A stretch of DNA of 58,470 bases from Gammaproteobacteria bacterium (lineage in GTDB: Bacteria; Pseudomonadota; Gammaproteobacteria; JACCXJ01): positions 1 through 58,470 of the forward strand of contig JBOIDL010000002.1 in assembly GCA_050740435.1 (NCBI GenBank), given 5' to 3'. A program made the position numbers and the translations under genes. Each line of letters starts with the position of its first letter. Positions within the stretch are counted from its first letter, which is position 1. Under the pieces are notes generated by a model that was not told where the DNA came from, searched no databases, and saw only the letters and a program-made list of their open reading frames with translations. This document shows positions 1 to 9,200 of the stretch, piece by piece.

Positions 1-137
1 GTAGAGCGCGTTCCGAACACCAGCTTATCGACCTCGATAAAGCCGTACATACCGCTCTGCACGACGTTCTTTGCGTAGATCTCGTAGACCCGGCCTTGGT
101 TATGAAAGATCACCTTATACATACGACGTTTCCGCAT
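1..137 (-). CDS. DUF1820-family small protein, N-terminal part only (gene runs off the left edge)
   Basis: Hand translation of the reverse strand from the ATG at 137-135 gives MRKRRMYKVIFHNQGRVYEIYAKNVVQSGMYGFIEVDKLVFGTRS. This matches my recollection of the conserved Y-K/R-V-I-F-x-N-Q-G-x-V-Y-E-x-Y-A core of DUF1820 proteins. It is absent from the ORF track because it is truncated. Confidence 0.5.
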   Translation of the reverse strand, partial: MRKRRMYKVIFHNQGRVYEIYAKNVVQSGMYGFIEVDKLVFGTRS

Positions 138-221
138 GGTGTATGAACAGAAGCGAATTCCGCGGCCGATTGTAGCACAATCGGTACCGGCATCTGAGGC
201 AAAACCGATGCCGCAATGCGT

Positions 222-1079
222 TTAGGGTAAAGAACGCCGCACCTTGGCTGCGTCGTCCGCGAGCGCGAGCACCCGGGAGATGAAGCGGCCCAGGGTCGGC
301 ATGTAGTGATTAACATCCGCGCTGAAGGCGTCGTTGTGGCCGCCCGTGCGTTCCAGGAACGTCTTGCGAGCCGTGATCGCTTTATACAGCAGTTCGCCGT
401 GCTCGAAGGGTACGATCTCATCGTCGCGGCTATGGGCGATAAGTATGGGGCAAGCGACTTTAGCGATGCGTTCCAAGGTGGGGTAGTAGAACCGCAGTAA
501 CAGGTCCACTGGGGCGAACGGATAGTACCGCTTTGCCAGATCGCGCAAGGACGTAAAGGCCGATTCGAGAATAATACCGGCCGGGCGGTAGCGGGTGGTC
601 AGCCAGACGGCGACGGCCCCGCCCAGCGATTCGCCGAAGACGATGATTTCCTCGGGCGCGAGGCCGCGGGTGCGCGTCAGGTGTTCCCAGGCGGCCTCGG
701 CGTCTTGGTAGGTGCCGTCTTCGCTCGGATCGCCCTCGCTCAAGCCATAGCCGTGGTAATCAACGATGAGAGTGTTGAGTGCCAGGGCGTGGAATGCTTG
801 AAGCGCGGCGAGCCGGTGAGAGATGTTTCCGCCGTTCCCATGCAGGTAGAGTACCGTAGCGCGCGCTTTGTCCGCGGGCACATACCAGCCGTGAATACGC
901 GCGCCATCGCCGGTGTTTAAGTAAACCGATTTATACGCCAGTCCGATTTGCTTCGGCGTCGCAACCAGTGCTTTCGTGGGAAAATAGAGGAAATTGGGTT
1001 GAAACACGTACAAGGCGAACGTCAGCAGCAACCACGCGATGACCAGGATCGTAAAAACCGTAATCAGCAGATTTTGCAT
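222..1079 (-). CDS. alpha/beta-fold serine hydrolase with an N-terminal membrane helix
   Basis: 285-aa ORF starting at the ATG at 1079. It has an N-terminal hydrophobic segment (LLITVFTILVIAWLLLTFALYVF), an HGNGGN motif and a GESLGG nucleophile elbow (G-x-S-x-G). The later HSRDDEIVP and GGHND motifs fit a Ser-Asp-His triad. Confidence 0.85.
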   Translation of the reverse strand: MQNLLITVFTILVIAWLLLTFALYVFQPNFLYFPTKALVATPKQIGLAYKSVYLNTGDGARIHGWYVPADKARATVLYLHGNGGNISHRLAALQAFHALALNTLIVDYHGYGLSEGDPSEDGTYQDAEAAWEHLTRTRGLAPEEIIVFGESLGGAVAVWLTTRYRPAGIILESAFTSLRDLAKRYYPFAPVDLLLRFYYPTLERIAKVACPILIAHSRDDEIVPFEHGELLYKAITARKTFLERTGGHNDAFSADVNHYMPTLGRFISRVLALADDAAKVRRSLP

Positions 1080-1253
1080 TGGATTGCGTTGAGTTTTTTC
1101 GTCGGCCTAAAAGTTAGCGACGATCCTCCACTGCTAGTACGATTGCCGGACCTTCTCGCGGCCATAAAAGCCCTCGATGAAATCGTATGCAGCCGCCACC
1201 GCTGGCCTGGCGAATGTTCGTGCAATATCTGTGGGCATCCACAGGGACGTGAG

Positions 1254-1526
1254 TTAGGTGCCTTTGCGATAAACCTCACGGCGATGACCGACTTTGACCA
1301 CCTCTACGACCCGCGCGGCGTCATCCACAGCGTACACCACACGGTAGTTTCCTTGGCGAACACGATAGCGACTCTCGGAACCTGCAAGCTTCTCACTCCG
1401 CAAGGGGCGAGGTTCCTCCGAGAGCGCCGCGATTCGAGCAATGATGCGTCGGCGATCCCTCTTGGAGCCAATGGCATCAATCTCTTTCGCGGCCGACGCC
1501 TTGATGAGTAGCCTATATTCGGCCAC
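1254..1526 (-). CDS. type II toxin, RelE/ParE family
   Basis: 90-aa ORF containing YRVRQGNYRVVYAVDD...VVEVVKVGHRREVY, typical of RelE/ParE toxins. It has a GTG start and overlaps the upstream antitoxin gene by 14 nt. Confidence 0.8.
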   Translation of the reverse strand: MAEYRLLIKASAAKEIDAIGSKRDRRRIIARIAALSEEPRPLRSEKLAGSESRYRVRQGNYRVVYAVDDAARVVEVVKVGHRREVYRKGT

Positions 1527-1743
1527 GCCGTCTCAAATCTTTTACGAAGGACTCGAACGAAATGCTGCGCTCGCCTTTGAGATCCTCGAAGGCCGCGAGG
1601 TCCTCAGCATCTTCCGCTAGGATCACTTTGACCGCCTCGTTAACCATTTCCGAAATGGAGCGATGGGAAGCTGCGGCTTTCAGCCGAAGAGCTAGATGGA
1701 CCTCGGCGTCAAAATAAACAGTAGCACGCTTTTGAGTTTCCAT
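1513..1743 (-). CDS. ribbon-helix-helix (CopG/ParD-like) antitoxin
   Basis: 76-aa ORF. The N-terminal KRATVYFDAEVHLALRLKAAASHRSISEMVNEAV fits a beta-strand plus two-helix RHH fold, followed by an acidic C-terminal tail. It sits immediately upstream of, and overlaps, the RelE/ParE gene. Confidence 0.7.
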   Translation of the reverse strand: METQKRATVYFDAEVHLALRLKAAASHRSISEMVNEAVKVILAEDAEDLAAFEDLKGERSISFESFVKDLRRRGRI

Positions 1744-2290
1744 GGGCTTAGCCTAACGTCCAGACGTTGGAACGTCAAGTCACGCAAAAGTCAAAGTGCT
1801 CGATGAGCGTGACCGCTTCGTGCGCGGGCAAAGATTCGTTGCCGAGTAGCGACAATGTGCTGGTAACGCGTTGAAGGTTCCAAATTCCAACGGTACGCAA
1901 GGGTTAGCGGTCGCGAGGAGCGAATTTGGGAAAATATAGGAATACTGTCGTTGTGGTCCGACAGTAAACCACCGGCCCCGTCAACCAACGCGTGCCGTTT
2001 ATATCGCTGGGCCCTACTGGTGCGCGCAATTAGATGACATGGTATACCGCTTGCCTAGCATACGGCCAAGCAACGCGACTGTTGTAAAGTAGGTAGAGAC
2101 CTCTCCATTGGGGTAACGATTCCGAAGGCTACGCGCAAAATGAAGTTCGTCCTAGGTTCCATGTGATGGTTGTACTTGAGCGTGCGGAGCCTATGCGCTA
2201 AGGCCGTTGTCGTGGAATGACAGGCGCGCCGCAAAGGCGAGACGTATCGCGACGATTCGTGCGCACGGGACAAGTGGCTCTAGCAGATTT

Positions 2291-2306
2291 TGTGAAAAAT
2301 TTCACA
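2291..2306. promoter_or_regulatory. candidate CRP/Vfr-family binding site (TGTGA-N6-TCACA)
   Basis: The exact sequence is TGTGAaaaattTCACA. It lies 66-81 nt upstream of the ATG at 2372, and an AT-rich stretch containing TATATT (2336-2341) follows it. Confidence 0.35.
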
Positions 2307-2371
2307 GCACAGAGTTTTTAGATTCGGCTAAAAAGTATATTTTTTTACATAACGCTATTCGGCTCCGCGCG

Positions 2372-2890
2372 ATGACAGATATGGATATCGTAAAAAATTG
2401 GTACCTTGTTCACACCAAACCGAGAAAAGAAACGGTTGCCGAGAAAAACCTCGAACGCCAAGGCTACGAGGTCTATTTGCCTTTAATCTATCAACAACGC
2501 CGGCGATATGAACGCTGGGTACAGATCATCGAGCCATTGTTCCCTCGTTACCTGTTCATACACCTCCGGCCCGGCTATGACAACATGGGGCCGGTTCGCT
2601 ATACAAGCGGTGTACAGAACTTCGTGCGTTTCACAGAGGAGCCGGCTATTGTTCCCGGCGTAGTTGTTGACTCTATAAAGTGCAACGCCGATACGCGTAC
2701 CGGTCTGCATACCCAAAAGCGACTGGCGTTTCAGAGGGGCGACACCGTGATGATTGAAAAGGGGCCGCTCGCTAATCTGCAGGCGATCGTATGGGGTGAA
2801 TCGGGAGAAGAGCGCGTGATGATCCTGATTAAGATGTTGGGGCGGGAAACTGCTGTGACGGTCTCGCGGAACCTGCTAGACCTAGCTTAG
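2372..2890 (+). CDS. rfaH: RfaH-like NusG paralog (operon-specific transcription antiterminator)
   Basis: The ORF track gives 2207-2890; I trimmed it to the internal ATG at 2372 (an alternative is 2381). NWYLVHTKPRKE...EPLFPRYLFI...GVQNFVRFTEEPAIVPGVVV...GDTVMIEKGPLANLQAIV...ERVMILIKMLGRE lines up motif for motif with E. coli RfaH (SWYLLYCK, EPLFPNYLFV, GVSHFVRFGASPAIVPSAVI, GDKVIITEGAFEGFQAIF). Confidence 0.85.
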   Translation: MTDMDIVKNWYLVHTKPRKETVAEKNLERQGYEVYLPLIYQQRRRYERWVQIIEPLFPRYLFIHLRPGYDNMGPVRYTSGVQNFVRFTEEPAIVPGVVVDSIKCNADTRTGLHTQKRLAFQRGDTVMIEKGPLANLQAIVWGESGEERVMILIKMLGRETAVTVSRNLLDLA

Positions 2891-3002
2891 TTTAGGGTGT
2901 GCCTGAGGCGTTTCTTTCCGCCTCACCGTCGACGAAGTAGCTCAGAAGCGTCGACAACCTGTAGCAAAGAGCGGCTTGTTATACGAAACGCGAAGGCGTT
3001 TT

Positions 3003-3021
3003 GTAGGGCGGTAGCGTTGTT
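3003..3021 (+). promoter_or_regulatory. ops/JUMPStart-like RfaH recruitment element
   Basis: GTAGGGCGGTAGCGTTGTT. The core GGCGGTAGCGTT (3007-3018) matches the E. coli ops consensus GGCGGTAGCGTG at 11 of 12 positions. It is on the non-template strand of the downstream operon, in the leader between the rfaH-like gene and the ATG at 3235. Confidence 0.6.
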
Positions 3022-3234
3022 TCGCACCGAATTCGTTCAGAATCATTCACGGTTTCACTTGCAATCGAGCTATTTCGCCGGGCAAGTTTGAGAGAGACGG
3101 TCAGTTCCTTAGAACGCCGTTTGATCAATCCGCCCGGCCTGACGGGCATACGGTGGAAATTTGTTCCCGTCTGGATCAATCCGCCTCAAATTAACTTCCA
3201 ACCTAATGATCGGCACTCTAGGAGGAACAAGAAA

Positions 3235-6200
3235 ATGACAAGGAATCGCATCGTTCGGTTAATTAGCCTCACGGGCACGGTGTTCGTGTTTACAGTGGTG
3301 CTAATTTACGTTCTAGCACTCGTATCCGAAGTCAACGTTGCCTCGGCAAATCCCAATACAACCCTTCCAGTATCGTCAACAAGCGCGAATCACGACCGCT
3401 TTGCGTTTAGCCCTGATGGCAATTCCTTAGCAAGCGCGACAGATGATGGGCAAATCGTTTTGCTGAGTTTGCTGTCGGGTAAGCAACGTTTGATTGGACC
3501 GGGTCCGCTTGGTTCTGTCGTTGCGGACCTTGCGTTTAGCCCAGATGGCAAAACCCTGGCTTGCGTGCTTGAAGATACGATCACACTGTGGGACATGCCG
3601 TCCGGACAGGTACGCGGGATTCTAAGCGGTGCCTCTAACGGTGTGGTTACTGACCTTCTCTTTAGCCCTGATGGCGAATCCGTGGCCGGTGTTGCCGATG
3701 GCAAACAGATTTTGATTTGGGACGTAAAGTCACGCTCGCAGCGATGGATATTGTCTAGCGGCGACGCCGTCAGTCGAATCGCCTTTGCCCGGAATGCAAC
3801 TATCTTAGCCAGCAGTGGTGAGGACGAGAGAATCAGGCTATGGGATGTAACATCAGGCCAAGAACTCGTAACTCTTACTAACCGTACCGCGGTAACTGGT
3901 TTCGCGTTTAGTCCGGTGGGCATGACGCTGGCCAGCGTAGACCGGGAGGCTAACGTCAGCGTGTGGGACTTAGAGTTCGGTAATGATAGACAAATTCTAA
4001 CCGGTCAGCGTGCCCCCATCAACGGCCTTGCTTTTAGCCCCGACGGGTCCATTCTCGCGACTGGCGGAATCGACGCACGAGTCAAGCTCTTGGATGTAAC
4101 ATCCGGCGAAGAACGCTTATCCCTCTTGAGCCGGGGCGATGCCGATTTTCATGGTCTTGTATTCAGCCCGGACGGTAGGACGCTAGCCGGGGTGAGTGAT
4201 GGCAACCGGATCCTATTGTGGGAGGTGGCGAGTGGCAATCTACGCCAACGCTTTGTCGGGCATAAGGACATAATTGCCGAGATTGCTTTTAATCCGAATC
4301 GACAAGTTTTAGCGAGCGTAAGTAACGATGGGCAGGCTATAGTCTGGGACCTCGCAGGCGGGGTGAAACGGCTTGCCCACCAAATTGTGGGTTTCGGATC
4401 CGACCCGTTGGCTTTCCAGACTACCGATTTCAGTAGTAAAACCCTTAATACCGTCAACAGTTCGTCTGCTGCCGACTTGGCACCTGTTATTGATCCAGAA
4501 CTCCCAAATCAAAGCAGCGCAAGCCAGGCAGGCGCTGTCGCTGACTTGGATCTACGGGGCACTCGTAAACGAGCCCGGGCACGCAATTGGAAGGGGATCA
4601 GGGCGCTCGCCGTAAGTCCGGATGGAACACGCGTGGGAACAGCAGGCGAGGACAGCGCGGTCCGACTTTGGGATTCTGCCGGAAGAGAACTGTTCGCGCT
4701 GCAAGGACATCACGGCGCCGGTGTTACCGGCATTACGTTCACTGCGGACGGGGAACAACTGGTCAGCGTCGGTAGGGATACCGAAGTCAGTATCCTGAAT
4801 GTAGCAACCGGCGACGAGAGCAAGATTTTGTTGGGCCATGAACATCCAATCAGGACGATTGCCGCTAGCCCCGACGGTAAATTCCTAGCCAGCGCCGGTG
4901 AAGAAACGCGGATCATGGTATGGGACGTGGCAACCGGTAAACTGAGCAGAATCCTCTCCGGCCATACAGATTTCGTCAATGGGCTCGCTTTCAGCCCGGA
5001 CGGGGAACGTTTGGCTAGTGGAGGTGCGGATGGGCGTGTACTTCTATGGGATGTTGCAACCGGAAAACTGTTTAAGACGCTACTCGGTCACGCGGGCGAG
5101 GTCAACGCGGTCGCATATAGCCGAAACGGCAGGTTATTGGCTAGCGCCAGTGAAGATTTTCAAGTCCTGATGTGGGACGCTGTGACTGGAAAGCAAGTAC
5201 GCGCCCTTCGAGGACATCAGGCTGCTGTTAGAACGATTGCGTTCAGTCCGGATGGCCGGGACCTAGTGAGTTCAGGAGAAGACACGAGGATCTTAGTGTG
5301 GGATATAGCCGTTGGTAACTTGCGTAAAATCCTTCCAAGAAATACACGGTTTATCAATGCGCTCGTGTTCCACCCGGCCGGCAGTTTGATTGTCGGGGAC
5401 GAGGATGCGCAGATCACGGAATGGGCTATGGAAGGTGGGAGAAAAGTAAGAATATCGAGGCCTAAACTGCGACCGCGCGCCGGTAGATCTACACGCACCT
5501 CATCACCGCTGAGCGCTCTTACGCCTGCCGGTGGCGGCACAGACACAAATCACATTGCTACGAGGTCAATTATATCTGCGGCCCAGAGTATCGTTGGCGG
5601 GTTGTTAGATTTGTTGGTGCCTGCAGCCGCTGCGCAACTGCCCGATCCTAATCAGGGTCCAGGCGGGCCAATCCTCGTTATTACTTCCGGTTCTTCCACC
5701 TTTGGAAAATTCTATGCGGAAATATTGCGCAACGAGGGACTCAACGCCTTCGCGGTTGCCGATATTGCGACCATTAATTCGGCGACGCTAGCGAGCTACG
5801 ACGTGGTCATCCTGGCGCCTGTGGTCCTTTCGCTCGCTCAAGTCGGGATGTTCACTGACTGGGTAAGCGCGGGTGGTAATTTAATTGCCATGCGGCCTGA
5901 TCCGCAGCTCTCGGGCTTGCTCGGGATCTCCGCCGCAGGCGCTACATCGGCCAACGCTTACCTCCTTGTCGATACGAGCCAGTCGCCTGGCAGCGGGATC
6001 GTCGGCCAGACCATTCAGTTCCACGGTACGGCGGATCGGTACACACTGAACGGCGCCTCAAGCCTTGCGACACTTTACGCTGACGCGACCACAGCAACGG
6101 CGAATCCTGCGGTAACGCTGCGTAGCGTCGGGGCGAATGGCGGCCAGGCCGCGGCCTTTACTTACGACTTGGCGACATCCATCGTATACACGCGGCAGGG

Positions 6201-9200
6201 CAACCCCGCGTGGGCTGCGCAGGAACGCGATGGATTCACCCCTATCCGCTCGGACGACAAGTTCTTCGGAAACGCCACTGGAGATCCGAAGCCGGACTGG
6301 GTCGATCTGAACAAGGTAGCTATTCCGCAGGCAGACGAGCAACAGCGGCTGCTTGCAAACCTGATCCTGCACATGAACCTGGATCGGAAGCCCTTGCCGC
6401 GATTCTGGTATTTCCCTCGTGGTGAGAAGGCGGTGGTCATCATGACCGGTGACGATCACGGCAATGGGGGGACCGAAGGTCGATTCAATCAGTTTATTTC
6501 GTCGAGTCCGGCCGGCTGCTCGGTGGCCGACTGGGAGTGTGTAAGGGGCACCTCGTATGTATTTCCGAATACGCCGACCTTGACGAATGCAGAAGCCGCG
6601 GCCTTCAACGCGGCCGGCTTCGAAGTGGGTTTGCACGTTAATACTAGCTGCGCCGACTTTACACCCGCATCGCTTGAAGATTTTTATACCCAACAAATCG
6701 CTGACTGGGTTGCCAACTACTCAAGTATCCCGGTTCCGATAACGCAGCGCCACCACTGTATCGCGTGGAGCGACTGGGTAACTGGAGCGAACGTTCAGTT
6801 CAATCATGGGATCCGCCTCGACACGAGCTATTATTTTTGGCCCCCGAGCTGGGCCCTCAACCGCCCGGGGTTGTTCACCGGTTCGGGTATGCCCATGCGG
6901 TTCGCCGAGCTCAACGGTACCCTGGTCGATGTTTACAACGCCACGACGCAGATGACCGACGAGTCGGGGCAGCAATATCCGTTTACGGTTAATACGCTAT
7001 TGGACCGGGCGCTGGGTCCCGAAGGCTACTATGGGGCCTTTACCGTCAATGCGCACACGGACGTCCCGCAAATCCCGGAAGCGGACGCGGTGGTCGCTTC
7101 GGCCCTTGCCCGTAGTGTACCAGTCGTGTCGAGCCGGCAGATGCTGGCATGGCTGGATGGCCGCAACAACTCCTCGTTCGGGGCGTTCTCCTGGAACGGA
7201 AACACCCTGAGCTTTAGCGTCACCCGGGACAGCGCTGCCAACGGACTGCAAGCGCTCGTGCCGCGAGTGGTGAGCGGCGCCGTTCTTACGGGGATCACGC
7301 GTAACGGCAGTTCAATTGCATTCACGACCGAGATCATCAAAGGCGTGAGCTATGCGGTGGTTTCCGCGTTGTCGGGGACCTATGCGGCAAGCTTCGCGCC
7401 GGATACGACGCCCCCCACTGTGGTTTCTCATTCGCCGAGTGCCGGCGCCACCGGTGTTAGCCAAGCAGCGCTCGTTACCGCTACCTTTAGCGAGGATCTG
7501 AATCCAGCTACGATCGGGACCAGTACATTTGAACTACGCGGTCCCGGCAGCACATTGGTTACCGCTACGGTCACCTATAACGGCGCAACTCGAACCGCGA
7601 CGTTGGACCCAAGCTCTAATTTACTAGCCTCAACGACCTATACGGCGACCGTGAAAGGTGGCCCGACAGGGGTGAAAGATGCTGGCGGCCTTGCGATGGT
7701 CTCGGACTTCGTTTGGACTTTCACAACGGAAGCGACACCCTGCTCTAGCTCTTGCAATGGCTGGAGCAGCTCGACTACCCCGACGAATCCGTCGGCCTCC
7801 GATCCCAATGCCGTCGAGCTTGGCGTCAAGTTCCGGTCTAATTTGGACGGCTCTATCACCGGCGTTCGGTTTTATAAGGGCGGCGGGAACACCGGCACGC
7901 ATATCGGTAAACTGTGGACAGCGGCGGGGACACAGCTAGCGACGGCGACCTTTATCAACGAAACCGCTTCCGGCTGGCAGCAGGTGACCTTTGCTAGCCC
8001 CGTAGCGATCACGGCCAATACCGTTTACGTCGCTTCGTACCATGCTCCGAACGGAGGTTATGCTTTTGACAGTAACTATTTTGCGAGCAGCGGTTTTCAA
8101 AACGGCCCCTTGTATTTCCTAAGAGACGGGGAGAGCGGGGGTAATGGTGTGTACGTCTATGGGGCGGGTGGCTTCCCTACGAATACATTCCAGGCCAGCA
8201 ACTACTGGGTGGATGTGGTCTTTACGACCAGCTCCGGGGGTCCTGATACGACACCGCCGACGGTGATCACGAAATCGCCGACGGATAACGCGGCCGGCGT
8301 CAGTCCCACCACGGCGGTGACCGCGACCTTCAGCGAGCCGCTGAATCCGGCGACGGTCAACACCTCGACCTTCGAGCTGCGGACCTCAACCAACGCCCTA
8401 GTACCTGCGACCGTCAGCTACAACGCCAACACGGCAACGTTGACGCCGAGCAGTACATTAGCCGGCTCAGCAACCTATACCGCCACCGTCAAGGGCGGAG
8501 CGGCGGATCCGCGGGTAAAAGACGTCGCCGGTAACGCGCTGGCCGCGAACGTCACCTGGTCCTTCACCACCGCGGCGCCGGTAGTTTGTCCCTGTAGCGG
8601 CTGGAACAGTTCGGCTACTCCGACCAATCCATCGTTCTCAGATCCCAATTCTATCGAGGTCGGTGTCAAGTTCAGGGTAGACGTAAATGGCTTCATCAGC
8701 GGCATACGTTTCTACAAGGGAGATCTCAATACCGGCACCCACAGCGGTACCTTGTGGACTAGCGCCGGGCTGCAACTGGCGACGGCGACTTTCACCAACG
8801 AGACCGCTTCAGGCTGGCAACAGGTCAACTTTTCAAGCCCGGTGGCGGTTACCGCTAACACCGTCTATGTGGCCTCCTACCATGCACCTAATGGGAACTA
8901 TGCAGCCGATTCCTCATACTTTGCCAGTACCGGCGTCGACAACGGGCCGGTGCATCTATTAAGCGACGGTGTGAGCGGAGGCAACGGTGTTTTCGTTTAC
9001 AGCGCCAGCAGCGCTTTCCCGACCTCGAGCTTCCAAGCGACCAATTACTGGGTGGACGTGGTCTTTACGACCAGCGCGGGTTCTGACACGACGCCGCCCA
9101 CGGTGACGGCGACGACGCCTTTAAATGGTGCTACGGGCGTCAACGTGGGCACCACGGTCACCGCGACGTTTAGTGAGCCGATGGCTCCGGCGACGGTCAA

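Noticed and set aside
584-595. A GGCGGTAGCGGG ops-like 12-mer
   Set aside because: It lies inside the alpha/beta hydrolase coding region and on the strand opposite to that gene. No downstream co-directional operon exists, so this is most likely a chance match in GC-rich coding DNA.
2904-2925. A 7-bp GC-rich hairpin (TGAGGCG-tttctttc-CGCCTCA) right after the rfaH-like stop, considered as an intrinsic terminator
   Set aside because: No U-tract follows it (ccgtcgacg...). It may be an RNA structure, but the sequence alone does not support calling it a terminator.
3391-5440. The WD40 arrays as a sign of a STAND/NACHT-type or other defence protein
   Set aside because: No P-loop/NTPase, nuclease or other effector domain precedes the repeats. 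The protein starts with a secretion-type hydrophobic segment and continues with carbohydrate-associated modules.
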